DNA of 32,000 nucleotides from Candidatus Methanoperedens sp. (GTDB lineage Archaea > Halobacteriota > Methanosarcinia > Methanosarcinales > Methanoperedenaceae): assembly GCA_041494705.1 (NCBI GenBank), contig JBGQBI010000002.1:60001-92000 (forward strand). Direction: 5' to 3'. The notes under the pieces were generated by a model that was given only the letters and a program-made list of their open reading frames with translations, was not told the DNA's origin and ran no database searches. Positions 7,656 to 16,758 of the stretch are shown here, one piece after another (the first letter of the stretch is position 1; each line of letters opens with the position of its first letter). Both the position numbers and the translations under genes were made by a program.

Positions 7656-8215
7656 TCACGCCACCGCTTGTATAAATTATGCTCAATGGAAAGAAGGTCG
7701 AAAGCGCGACCTGACATGAAATCAATAAGTTCATCGATAGTTTTGGGTTTTGTATAAAAAGCAGGACACGCAGGAAGTATGGAAGCTCCAGCCTCGAATG
7801 CTCTTTTCATGTTCTCTATGTGTATCAGGTTCAGTGGTGTCTCACGCGTCATTAAAACGAGAGGTCGTTTTTCTTTAAGGCAGCAGTCGGCAGCTCTTGA
7901 AATCAATGTATCCGACATCCCGCTTGCGATTGATGCAAGGGTCTTCATGCTGCATGGCGCCACCACCATCCCTTTGGTTTTATGGGAACCGCTCGCTATT
8001 GGCGCTGTAAAATCATAATCGTCATAAACGTTATCCGCCAGTTTCTCCACATTGCGGACTGAAAAAGCTGTCTCTATCTCTATAAGTTTTTTCGCGGATT
8101 CGGAAATAACCAGATGGGTTTCAAATCCTTTCATTTTTTTCAGGGTTTCAAGAAGCCGGATGCCGTACTGGACACCTGAAGCGCCGCTTATGCCTATAAT
8201 TATCTCATTCTTCAT
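7652..8215 (-). CDS. ubiX: Flavin prenyltransferase UbiX
   Basis: 187 aa. N-terminal IIGISGASGVQYG flavoprotein motif. Typical UbiX length and partner gene. Confidence 0.9.
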   Translation of the reverse strand: MKNEIIIGISGASGVQYGIRLLETLKKMKGFETHLVISESAKKLIEIETAFSVRNVEKLADNVYDDYDFTAPIASGSHKTKGMVVAPCSMKTLASIASGMSDTLISRAADCCLKEKRPLVLMTRETPLNLIHIENMKRAFEAGASILPACPAFYTKPKTIDELIDFMSGRAFDLLSIEHNLYKRWRE

Positions 8216-8252
8216 AGGGTATAATTGGTTTACTATGTTTGAATAGTTTTTG

Positions 8253-8279
8253 TTAAGAATAAGATATTAAGAATAAGAT
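8253..8279. repeat. Tandem TTAAGAATAAGAT x2 (14-nt period) in the divergent ubiX / small-ORF intergenic region
   Basis: Identical 13-mers at 8253-8265 and 8267-8279. Confidence 0.7.
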
Positions 8280-8309
8280 TATATCAAATAGGCGCAATTT
8301 TGAGAGTAC

Positions 8310-8510
8310 ATGATTCAGGTTTTATATGATATTGCATTGCGCCTTGGACTGGGACTCATCCTCGGTGTATTGCTTATGATTTTCATCACAATAGTTGAAA
8401 CCGCATTTTACAATCATAACAAACATATCCATATAATTGTAATTGCTATTCTCATATCACTGATAATATACGCCCTCGGGGATATTGCGATTGATATCCT
8501 GGGTTTTTGA
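8310..8510 (+). CDS. Small hydrophobic protein (2 predicted TM helices), hypothetical
   Basis: 66-aa ORF with two long hydrophobic stretches. No recognisable family. Confidence 0.35.
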   Translation: MIQVLYDIALRLGLGLILGVLLMIFITIVETAFYNHNKHIHIIVIAILISLIIYALGDIAIDILGF

Positions 8511-8512
8511 TG

Positions 8513-8716
8513 CTAAGGATTTGACTTTTTTCTCCGGAATCTTCCGATTAATCTTCTTATCCTGCTTTTGCCAGGGTTTTTAATCTTGATTCTGAGATAA
8601 CCCCTTTTTGAATTTATCACCATCTTGAATATCGCACCATCCGGGCAGGAATCAAGAAAATTCTTTACCTCTCCTTCTGCGGTTTGTTTATTAATCCCCG
8701 TATATTCTATGCTCAT
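8513..8716 (-). CDS. Small basic hypothetical protein
   Basis: 67-aa ORF with an Arg/Lys-rich C-terminus. No recognisable family. Confidence 0.3.
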   Translation of the reverse strand: MSIEYTGINKQTAEGEVKNFLDSCPDGAIFKMVINSKRGYLRIKIKNPGKSRIRRLIGRFRRKKSNP

Positions 8717-8837
8717 ATCAACCAGCTACTATTGGAATAATTATATACTTATCTTAATTAATCCATAACAATCCTGTAAAGCCTTAAATCCATAAGCTTT
8801 AACTAAAAGCAGGAATATTACCATGAAATAGCACAAT

Positions 8838-10160
8838 ATGGTACTCGATAAACTTGGCGGTTCTCTTCAGGACGCCCTTAAAAAACTTGTCGGAGCAAGC
8901 AGGATAGATGAAAAGATAGTGGACGAGGTAGTCCATGATATCCAGCGCGCGCTGCTGCAGGCGGATGTAAACGTAAAGCATGTGATGGCGTTATCGCAAA
9001 AGATAAAACAGCGCTCACTCAAGGAAGAACCGCCGGGCGGGATGAATCCGCGGGAGCATGTTATCCGTATCGTTTACCAGGAACTCATAAACATCCTCGG
9101 GAAAAGTGCAAATGTGAAGCTTGCACCCCAGACAATAATGATGGTGGGGCTTCAGGGAAGCGGCAAGACGACCACTACTGCAAAATTAGCTCGCTATTTC
9201 CAGAGGAAAGGATTAAAACCGGCTGTCGTATGCGCCGATACCTTCAGGGCAGGAGCCTATGAACAGTTAAAAACCCTTTGCGACCGCATGGGTATTTTTT
9301 TCTACGGTGAAAAAGACGTCAAGGATGCCGTTGCCATTACGCAGCGCGGGCTCAAGGCAATCGAAAAATTCGATGTGAAGATAGTTGATACTGCAGGAAG
9401 GCATGCTCTTGAGAAAGACCTCATTAAAGAAATGGAAGATATACATAATATCGCAAAACCAGATCACAAATTCCTGGTGCTTGATGCCGCAATGGGGCAG
9501 CTTGCGAGCGACCAGGCAAAGGCGTTCAACGCCTCCATCGGAATAACAGGCGTAATCATAACAAAACTTGACGGCACAGCCAAGGGTGGAGGCGCCATGT
9601 CGGCAGTTTCTGATACCGATTCTGCGATTGCTTTTATTGGCGTTGGCGAGACGCCGGATGACCTTGAGAAATTTGAAGCCGACAGGTTCATTTCGCGCCT
9701 GCTGGGTATGGGTGATATCAAGTCGCTTCTTGAAAAAGCGGAAGAAACCCTCAAAACCGAGGATTTTGATGTGGAAGCCATGTTCAAGGGGAAATTCACC
9801 CTGAAGGATATGTACAAACAAATGGAAGCCATGAACAAAATGGGTCCCTTGAAACAGATAATGTCGATGATACCGCTTGGCAAAGTCGGAATGAATGTCT
9901 CTGATGAAATGTTCGCCGTGACCCAGGAAAAAATGAAAAAATACAAGTACATCATGGATTCGATGAATGATATGGAACTTGAAGAACCAAAACATATCAA
10001 CAGCCCGAGGATAACGAGGATAGCGCGGGGCTCGGGAACGAAATATGAAGAGGTGCGCGAACTCCTGAAGTATCATAAAACGATGCAGAAGACAATCAAG
10101 AATCTGGGTGGCAGCGGCAAGTTCAACGTCCAAAAAATGATGAAGAAATTCGGAATGTGA
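8838..10160 (+). CDS. srp54: Signal recognition particle protein SRP54
   Basis: N-terminus [17 protein letters not shown]. GTPase motifs [15 protein letters not shown] and TKLDG. Met-rich M domain at the C-terminus. Confidence 0.95.
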   Translation: MVLDKLGGSLQDALKKLVGASRIDEKIVDEVVHDIQRALLQADVNVKHVMALSQKIKQRSLKEEPPGGMNPREHVIRIVYQELINILGKSANVKLAPQTIMMVGLQGSGKTTTTAKLARYFQRKGLKPAVVCADTFRAGAYEQLKTLCDRMGIFFYGEKDVKDAVAITQRGLKAIEKFDVKIVDTAGRHALEKDLIKEMEDIHNIAKPDHKFLVLDAAMGQLASDQAKAFNASIGITGVIITKLDGTAKGGGAMSAVSDTDSAIAFIGVGETPDDLEKFEADRFISRLLGMGDIKSLLEKAEETLKTEDFDVEAMFKGKFTLKDMYKQMEAMNKMGPLKQIMSMIPLGKVGMNVSDEMFAVTQEKMKKYKYIMDSMNDMELEEPKHINSPRITRIARGSGTKYEEVRELLKYHKTMQKTIKNLGGSGKFNVQKMMKKFGM

Positions 10161-10317
10161 GGGGTAAACCGGGCTTAAATTATGGAAAATATTTATATGT
10201 AAAGACATTTATTATACCAATGGGGCAGCGGCATCGCATCCATCCCCTCCGATGTTTCCGCAAGCCCCCTTTTTCTTTTCAGGGTATTCTCCCAGTAGAA
10301 GGAAGAAATTGAATATT

Positions 10318-11493
10318 ATGATAAAAAAAGATGTCATCGTCATTGGAGCGGGCGCATCTGGCATGATGTGCGCCATTGAATGCAGAAAAAGAGGGCGCTC
10401 GGTTCTTGTTCTTGACCATGCTTCGAAAATCGGGAGAAAAATTCGTATTTCCGGGGGTGGAAGCTGTAATTTTACGAATGTCAATATGAGCGCCACAAAT
10501 TTTATATCAAATAATCCTCACTTTTGCAAATCCGCGCTTTCCCGTTTTACACCGGATGATTTCATTGCCATGCTTGTAAAACATGGCGTAAAATATGAGG
10601 AAAGAGAACAGGGACAATTATTCTGCGCCAAAAGTGCTGAAGAAATAATTCGAATGCTGGAGAAGGAAAGTAATGATGCAAGTGTAAACATAATTTTAAA
10701 TTGCCGGATTAAGGACGTGAAAAAGGAGGATTCTTTTATCGTATCGACTGATCATGGTACTTTTGAGTCTGAGTCGCTTGTTATTGCTACAGGCGGAGCG
10801 TCTTATCCACAATCAGGAGCTTCAGGCATAGGGTACAAAATCGCAAAGCAGTTCGGTCTTAAAATTACGGAGCTAAAACCGGCACTTGTTCCCTTCATTT
10901 TTTCCCAAAAAGACCTGGCAATATTTGGCGAATTAAGCGGTATTTCAATTGACGCCGCTATCAAATGCAACAAAATGGAGTTTCGGGGAAGTATCCTTTT
11001 CACTCACAGGGGACTTAGCGGCCCCGCTATACTTCAGAGCTCCTCATATTGGAAGGAGGGCGATGCCATTGTCATTGATATATTGCCAGATATTGATATA
11101 TACGGTATTTTCATTTCAAAACAACTTAGCAAAAGTAAAATCGAAATTCATAACCTGCTTTCGCTGTATCTGCCGTCGCGTTTTGCGAAAATCTGGTGCG
11201 ATTCAAATATCCAGTCAAAACCGGTCAATCAATATAATGAAAGGGAACTTAAAGGCATAGCTCACCGGGTTCATAATTGGGAGGTTAAACCTGATTCTAC
11301 TGAAGATTTTAAAACGGCTGAGGTCACCCTTGGCGGAATTGATACGGATGAACTCTCATCCAAAACAATGGAATCCAGGAAGGTCAAAGGCCTCTATTTT
11401 ACAGGTGAGGTCATTGATGTGACTGGGCAGCTTGGGGGATACAATTTACACTGGGCGTGGACTTCCGGTTTTGTGGCTGGACAGTTTGCATGA
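10318..11493 (+). CDS. FAD/NAD(P)-binding flavoprotein of the HI0933/BaiN family
   Basis: Start set at ATG 10318 (MIKKDVIVIGAGASGMMCA Rossmann motif). C-terminal FTGEVIDVTGQLGGYNLHWAWTSG is typical of the family. Confidence 0.85.
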   Translation: MIKKDVIVIGAGASGMMCAIECRKRGRSVLVLDHASKIGRKIRISGGGSCNFTNVNMSATNFISNNPHFCKSALSRFTPDDFIAMLVKHGVKYEEREQGQLFCAKSAEEIIRMLEKESNDASVNIILNCRIKDVKKEDSFIVSTDHGTFESESLVIATGGASYPQSGASGIGYKIAKQFGLKITELKPALVPFIFSQKDLAIFGELSGISIDAAIKCNKMEFRGSILFTHRGLSGPAILQSSSYWKEGDAIVIDILPDIDIYGIFISKQLSKSKIEIHNLLSLYLPSRFAKIWCDSNIQSKPVNQYNERELKGIAHRVHNWEVKPDSTEDFKTAEVTLGGIDTDELSSKTMESRKVKGLYFTGEVIDVTGQLGGYNLHWAWTSGFVAGQFA

Positions 11494-11573
11494 GACATTT
11501 TTTCATTATTTAACAGGGTTAAGGTTGGCTTTTTTATTGTCTTTGGGCTGAATTGATCATCCTTTCCAAACTC

Positions 11574-12221
11574 TTACCCTTTCTTTCGCCATGTGGTATA
11601 TACTGCCAGAAGTACCGTTATTGCCAGAAAAACCTCAAACCCAGCAGTCTTTTCGACAGTGCTAACATTGGCAGTCTTTTCGATAGAGCTAACATTATTG
11701 GTAATTTTGGCTTCCGGTTCGTATACCTTTACCAGAAAACCGTAGGATACAGAACCATTATCTTTCCAATTGGCATCCACACGCAAAACGTAAAGTCCGG
11801 GTTTAAGGGAGAGATATATATCCGGCTCGCGCTCTAAAGGCCGCTTGTACCTGTTCGTCGCATTCCCATATTTTAAACTCCACACTCGCACACCATTTGC
11901 AGCCTCCTTAAGTTCGTCATTATCCGTGACCCGGGTAGTGCTAAATCCTAACTCTTCAGGGGGTTCCAGAAGGGGCATACGTAAATGTGCTGTAAACGGT
12001 GACCGGGTAAGCAAAGGCTCTGCTGGTGTTATGATTCCCGCAGAATCTCCACATACTGAATATGTCTCGTTTTCTACCCTCCAGCAACTGCTTCCGATTC
12101 CTGAGGTCTGTTCATTCCCGTCTATACTAAGGATTGCTGGAGGCGGATTCGCGCCTGCGTTTCCCGAAAGCAAAAAGAGGCACAGTATCGCTATTCCAGC
12201 CACTATTCTTATATATTCCAT
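11574..12221 (-). CDS. Secreted/surface protein with signal peptide and PGF-CTERM-like anchor
   Basis: N-terminal hydrophobic signal IVAGIAILCLFLLSGNAGA. C-terminus TAGFEVFLAITVLLAVYTTWRKKG resembles the archaeosortase (ArtA) PGF-CTERM signal. It is preceded by the repeated NVS sequon linker. Confidence 0.7.
   Translation of the reverse strand: MEYIRIVAGIAILCLFLLSGNAGANPPPAILSIDGNEQTSGIGSSCWRVENETYSVCGDSAGIITPAEPLLTRSPFTAHLRMPLLEPPEELGFSTTRVTDNDELKEAANGVRVWSLKYGNATNRYKRPLEREPDIYLSLKPGLYVLRVDANWKDNGSVSYGFLVKVYEPEAKITNNVSSIEKTANVSTVEKTAGFEVFLAITVLLAVYTTWRKKG
11644..11697. repeat. 27-bp tandem duplication inside the surface-protein gene (encodes NVSSIEKTA / NVSTVEKTA)
   Basis: GCAGTCTTTTCGACAGTGCTAACATT at 11644 and GCAGTCTTTTCGATAGAGCTAACATT at 11671, with 2 mismatches. 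Confidence 0.85.
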
Positions 12222-12243
12222 CTTCTTTTTATTGATAACATGT

Positions 12244-13695
12244 CTAATATGTTTTCGCCATTATCGCCATATTTTCTGTATTTTTTCCACAGACAGGGCA
12301 GCTTCCGGCGCCCTTGCCAAGCTCGCCCTCAGGCACTCCGAGTATGCCCGCGCCGACTGCTTCTTCCATCGCAAGCCCGCATTCGCGTTCACCGCACCAT
12401 GGAATCCGGGCGATGCCATTCGAAATTTTATTCTTCACTTCTTCAAGCGTACTGCAGTTTATGATGCGTTCATTCAACGAGCTTCTGGCTTTCCCGAACA
12501 GGTTTTCACGTATTTCTTCAAACCTTTTCTGGATTTCTTCTATAATATTATCGAGAGGAACAGTTTCCTTACTTGCACTGTCTCTCCTGACGACAGTGGC
12601 AACATTGTTTTTAAGGTCGCGCGGACCGATTTCTACCCGGATGGGCACGCCTTTCATTTCCCATTTGTAATATTTGGCTCCCGGGCGCTCGTCGCTGTCG
12701 TCAAGAACCACTCTCATGCCCTTATCTTTTAATCTGTCCGCCACATCGCTGCATGCTTTTAATATTTCCTCGCTCTTTCCAAATAGAATCGGGATGACCA
12801 CGACCTGTATGGGCGCCACTTCAGGCGGGAATACGAGTCCCTTATCATCGCCATGAACAGAAATCAACGCTGCGATGCTGCGTTCCGAAATCCCGTAGCA
12901 TGTCTGGTGAGCGTATTGCTGCTCGCCGTTTAAATCTTCATATTTTATGTCAAATGTCTTTGCGAAATTGCTGCCGAGATGGTGAGCCGTTCCTATCTGT
13001 AATGTTTTGTTATCTGGCATCAGCGTGTCCACAGCCATTGTGTAATCAGCCCCGGGGAATTTGTCCCAATCAGGTCGTTTTGAAACAATGGTCGGGATTG
13101 CAAGCCGCCTGTAAAATTCCTGGTAAATGCGCGTGGCTTCCTCGACCTGCTTTGCTGCTTCATCCCATGTGGCGTGGACTGTGTGGGCTTCCTTGAAGGA
13201 CGTTATTTCGCGGAGGCGGATGAGGGGGCGCGTGTGTTTTGTCTCGTACCTGAAGGTGTTCACTATCTGGTATATCTTGATTGGCAAATCGGCATGGGAG
13301 CGCACCCATACTTTGTACATGGGATAAATAGCGGTTTCACTCGTGGGGCGGAGAGCCAGCCTGACATCAAGTTCGTTCCTGCCGCCGTGGGTTACCCAGT
13401 AAACCTCGTTCTCAAAGCCTTTTATGTGCTCTGCCTCTTTCATGAACTCGGTCTCAGGGATGAGAAGAGGGAAAAGCGCTTCCTTGTGGTCTTTATCAAG
13501 CAACTCGCGGATTATCGCATACGTGCGCTTTCGCACATCAAACCCGAACGGGAACCAGACATACAGCCCTTTGACCGGATAACGGACATCCATTATTTCC
13601 CCCATCAAAAGGAGTTCGTTATACCATTCGCTGAAGTTTGATTTTGGAGGAAGGACTGCTTTTTTTTCTTCTGTTTGTGGTTGCTTTTCTGCCAT
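12244..13695 (-). CDS. proS: Prolyl-tRNA synthetase, archaeal/eukaryotic type
   Basis: Track ORF 12244..13830. Start set at ATG 13695 (MAEKQPQ...), giving ~483 aa. Class II aaRS with the archaeal ProRS C-terminal Zn-binding segment (CGERECG...CPVCGK). Confidence 0.92.
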   Translation of the reverse strand: MAEKQPQTEEKKAVLPPKSNFSEWYNELLLMGEIMDVRYPVKGLYVWFPFGFDVRKRTYAIIRELLDKDHKEALFPLLIPETEFMKEAEHIKGFENEVYWVTHGGRNELDVRLALRPTSETAIYPMYKVWVRSHADLPIKIYQIVNTFRYETKHTRPLIRLREITSFKEAHTVHATWDEAAKQVEEATRIYQEFYRRLAIPTIVSKRPDWDKFPGADYTMAVDTLMPDNKTLQIGTAHHLGSNFAKTFDIKYEDLNGEQQYAHQTCYGISERSIAALISVHGDDKGLVFPPEVAPIQVVVIPILFGKSEEILKACSDVADRLKDKGMRVVLDDSDERPGAKYYKWEMKGVPIRVEIGPRDLKNNVATVVRRDSASKETVPLDNIIEEIQKRFEEIRENLFGKARSSLNERIINCSTLEEVKNKISNGIARIPWCGERECGLAMEEAVGAGILGVPEGELGKGAGSCPVCGKNTENMAIMAKTY

Positions 13696-13923
13696 TGTGT
13701 CACCGTCGGGCTTCACTACAGTCTTATTGGCTATAAATTTTTTTGACGGATGGTTGTTTTGCTGGGGATTGAAAAGTTGTGTGGAGGATGCAATTATCCT
13801 GATTTGCATATAATTTTTTGTTAGATTCATTTTTTATGATATTTTCAATTCAACCAACGTATGAATCTGTCACAAAAAAAGGGAAGTATTTAAATATGAA
13901 TCTTTGAAATCATTAGTGGTAAT

Positions 13924-14685
13924 ATGGAGCTTAACAAACGTATTAAATGCAACATTGGTGGTACTTTAAGGATTTTGCATATTATTAGAAAAGAAGATTC
14001 TATTTTGGCTTCGAATTCGCCGTTCATAGATAATAGTTCTGAAAAAAGACCAAACGAGAAAAGGGGAGAAGATACCAACGAAATGAAGTTAAAGGTATAT
14101 TTGGAGGAATATAAGACACTATCTGATGAGATATCACGAAGAGTAGGTTTTCAGCAACAACTTTTACATTATTATTTAATTTTAGTAGGAATGATTGTTG
14201 CATTCATTAGATTCGTGATTGTTGATTCGAGTAATTCCATTAGCTCCGCCCTCATCAGCAGTGTTATGAGCCTTGATTATACGCGCTTATTTTTATTACT
14301 GACACCGATAATATTTATCTCCATTTCTTTGATTTTCTCCAGACACGACGTAATGATTGTGTCGATAGCTAAATATATAAATAAAGATTTAAGACCGAGA
14401 ATCAAGGATTTAACGAATGATGAAAATATTTTGCGTTGGCAATATTTCATTACTTCTGAAAGGAAAAAGACTTCAAATTTATTTATAATGATACTTCCAT
14501 CCTTAGGGGAGGATTTTCTATTGCCATTTTTGTTTCCCATCATTTTTTTAGCATTGTATTATAATTATAATGGCTTGGCTTTCAATATTTATTACACACT
14601 TCTTTTCCTTTTTGATTTCTTTTTTCTCTTATTCTCAATATGTTTGAAGTTGCTGATTGCAAATAGTTATAAGGAAATTGTGTGA
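13924..14685 (+). CDS. Orphan multi-pass membrane protein (about 4 TM), hypothetical
   Basis: 253-aa ORF in a markedly AT-rich stretch. A more likely start is ATG 14083 (MKLKVYLEEYKTLSDEISRR, GGGGAG ~14 nt upstream). No family recognised. Confidence 0.5.
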   Translation: MELNKRIKCNIGGTLRILHIIRKEDSILASNSPFIDNSSEKRPNEKRGEDTNEMKLKVYLEEYKTLSDEISRRVGFQQQLLHYYLILVGMIVAFIRFVIVDSSNSISSALISSVMSLDYTRLFLLLTPIIFISISLIFSRHDVMIVSIAKYINKDLRPRIKDLTNDENILRWQYFITSERKKTSNLFIMILPSLGEDFLLPFLFPIIFLALYYNYNGLAFNIYYTLLFLFDFFFLLFSICLKLLIANSYKEIV

Positions 14686-15095
14686 GATTGTAGATTGGCA
14701 GTTTTATTAGCAATTGGTAACCGATCGACAACAAAAAAACTGAATCTGCATTTTAGACTGCCCCTCATTAAAGCTACCAACCCTTCACAAACGTAGGATG
14801 AAACTTCCTGTAGCACTCATGCAACTGCCCAAAATCCTCCCTCCATTTACATAATCATTAATACCCTTATCAAGCATTCCTTCTCATAAAAATCCATCTC
14901 CCCATCTTGACGGTCAATTATTGAGGACTGCCCCTCACCCTCACGCAAAAGCGAACGTGCGCCCACCCACGAGAACAACCCTCAATAGCCGCAGAAGGGG
15001 ATTGACACCAAAAAGAAAGAAGCTCTCAAAAGAAACGATGCGCCGGAACGATAAAGCCCTCAGAATGTTAGCCGATAAATAATCTTCACTCTTTT

Positions 15096-15332
15096 CTAAG
15101 ACCCGCTTTTGCTCCTTATCCTTTTCACCACTTCCCCAATGCCTTCACTCTCTCTTTTTTTCCTTATCTCCACCACCATATCACCTTTCCCGCCCAGCAA
15201 CGAAATAAACCGCGCCGCATTTGCATAACCAAGACGTTTTATTAGCGCGGTTGTCCCTTCTACAAGGATACGTTCTTTAGTTATAGTTTTAACTTTCATG
15301 CTTTTCCTCAATGAAATCAATACATTGGTCAT
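15096..15332 (-). CDS. Small hypothetical protein, possibly DNA-binding
   Basis: 78-aa ORF. Its ATG (15332) lies inside the left 13-bp inverted repeat of the 15328-15530 element. No family recognised. Confidence 0.35.
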   Translation of the reverse strand: MTNVLISLRKSMKVKTITKERILVEGTTALIKRLGYANAARFISLLGGKGDMVVEIRKKRESEGIGEVVKRIRSKSGS

Positions 15333-15530
15333 CGGTTAAGGAGTTTGACTGGCTCGATATGTATCGTTTTCCAAAGAACCAATGATTTTTTATGATTAAC
15401 CAATTTAGTTTAAATAGAACACAGATGACACGGATTAGACAGATTTTCACGGATTTATTCTCGTATCCGCGCGCATCCGTGTCATCCGTGCAATCCGTGT
15501 TCTATCACAATATTACTCTTAACCGATGAC
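15328..15530. mobile_element. MITE-like unit bounded by a perfect 13-bp inverted repeat, GTCATCGGTTAAG ... CTTAACCGATGAC
   Basis: Left arm 15328-15340 and right arm 15518-15530, read directly. It encloses the heptad palindrome 15414-15505. No ORF inside. Confidence 0.5.
15414..15505. repeat. Palindromic heptad element: 4x CACRGAT, loop, 4x ATCCGYG, ends ATAGAACAC/GTGTTCTAT
   Basis: Words at 15420, 15429, 15438 and 15448, and at 15465, 15475, 15484 and 15493. The loop is TTATTCTCGT. Confidence 0.9.
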
Positions 15531-15585
15531 ACATGGAAATCAATAGGGCTCTCTACCTTTAAAATATATTCCATCAAAAACCCTT

Positions 15586-16734
15586 TCAATTCCCATTCTT
15601 CAAATCAACAATATCCTCAGAATGAACAGGCATAAACCATTTCTGTGCTATGATTGTCGGGATAACCGCACTTGCTATCAGCACTCCGGTCAAAACAGAA
15701 TACTGCACCTGGTCTATCAAACCCGACTGCAGACCAAACAGGCTTGCCACCAGCCCGAAGGTTAAACCTGTACTCATTAACAGCGTGGTATAAATATTTC
15801 CATCAGGAATATATTTTCTGGCAAGAAAATAAACACCGATGAACTTACTCAACTGCTTAACAATGAAAATAGCAACAAAGACCCCATATGCAGATGCAAT
15901 CAGCGGCAATGAAACCTTCAAGCCTGCAACAATAAAAAATATCGGGGTAATAACCGCATAAGCAACCGTTCTCAACCTGTTCCTTACATCCTTTGTCACT
16001 GATGTCTCAGTGAAATGTTTTGACATAACCAGTCCCAGGACAAATGCAGGCAAGACCGCCTGCCCCTCACCTATATTTGCGAAAAACATAAACATAAACA
16101 AAAGCAGGAAGATATATTTTATTTCAGGCTCAATCACTTTGTTCTTCAATTTCGGATTATGGAAAACATAATGAGAAAAATTTCCTGCAAAATAAATCAC
16201 ACACAATGAAACCAAAATAAAGATGGCCGTATACAGCGTTGGCCTGACAAATAATACGCTTAATGCAATCGCAGTGCCCATATCGGTTATAAAGGTAGAT
16301 GCCATAATTAATTTACCAATCTCTGTTTTTGACAATCCCGTCTCCACGAGAACCGAATAGACTACGGCCAGTGATGTTTCAGATAATGCAGTCCCTGCAA
16401 TTAAAGAAGCAAAAAGATTCCAATTTGCAATATAGTATGTATAAAGGAAAACCGCGGTAAAAGGTGCCAGAAAAGAAAAAACGCCAATTAAAAAGCTCTC
16501 TTTAAATTTCCTTTTCATTAACCCGGTATCGATTTCAGTCCCTGCAAGGAATGTCAGGAGAATTCCTCCAAAACTTGCCAGATACAGCATCCAATCCTCG
16601 GGCATAACCCCCAGATTCCCGGCAATTCCCCCGAAGAGAATTTCAATTATCGCTACCGATAATCCAACTCTCAGGGAGATTAAACTTGAGATGAAAACTA
16701 TCAAACCTACAATCGCTATTATGTCCGCTCTCAT
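15586..16734 (-). CDS. Cation:proton antiporter, CPA2/Na+-H+ exchanger family (membrane domain only)
   Basis: 382 aa with ~11-12 hydrophobic segments. The N-terminus LSVAIIEILFGGIAGNLG is typical of Kef/NapA-type exchangers. No KTN domain. Confidence 0.85.
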   Translation of the reverse strand: MRADIIAIVGLIVFISSLISLRVGLSVAIIEILFGGIAGNLGVMPEDWMLYLASFGGILLTFLAGTEIDTGLMKRKFKESFLIGVFSFLAPFTAVFLYTYYIANWNLFASLIAGTALSETSLAVVYSVLVETGLSKTEIGKLIMASTFITDMGTAIALSVLFVRPTLYTAIFILVSLCVIYFAGNFSHYVFHNPKLKNKVIEPEIKYIFLLLFMFMFFANIGEGQAVLPAFVLGLVMSKHFTETSVTKDVRNRLRTVAYAVITPIFFIVAGLKVSLPLIASAYGVFVAIFIVKQLSKFIGVYFLARKYIPDGNIYTTLLMSTGLTFGLVASLFGLQSGLIDQVQYSVLTGVLIASAVIPTIIAQKWFMPVHSEDIVDLKNGN

Positions 16735-16758
16735 ATCCTGTCTCTTTTCGAAATAAAT

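Noticed and set aside
7192-7719. 175-aa ORF antisense to ubiD/ubiX, and similar antisense ORFs in cas8 (4183-4467, 4701-4895), cas7 (2784-3203), kdpB (29849-30316, 30566-30928), kdpC/D (28130-28573) and proS (13174-13641)
   Set aside because: All lie opposite strongly supported genes and show low-complexity translations typical of antisense frames.
8253-8279. 14-nt tandem TTAAGAATAAGAT x2 as a regulatory element
   Set aside because: It is only two copies of an AT-rich word in a divergent promoter region. This is listed as a repeat feature, but there is not enough evidence for a functional claim.
9267-10208. 313-aa ORF antisense to srp54 (also 9464-10000 and 9568-9804)
   Set aside because: It is a shadow ORF of a high-confidence gene. 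The composition is His/Phe-rich and low-complexity, with no motifs.
11845-12732. 295-aa plus-strand ORF spanning the surface-protein gene and the proS 3' end
   Set aside because: It runs antisense across two well-supported minus-strand genes and the intergenic gap, and has no recognisable motifs.
13696-13830. 45-codon N-terminal extension of proS (and similar extensions of 10252-10317, 20213-20386, 23785-23811, 5114-5191)
   Set aside because: The conserved protein N-termini begin at internal ATGs that have better SD context or avoid overlap with divergent genes.
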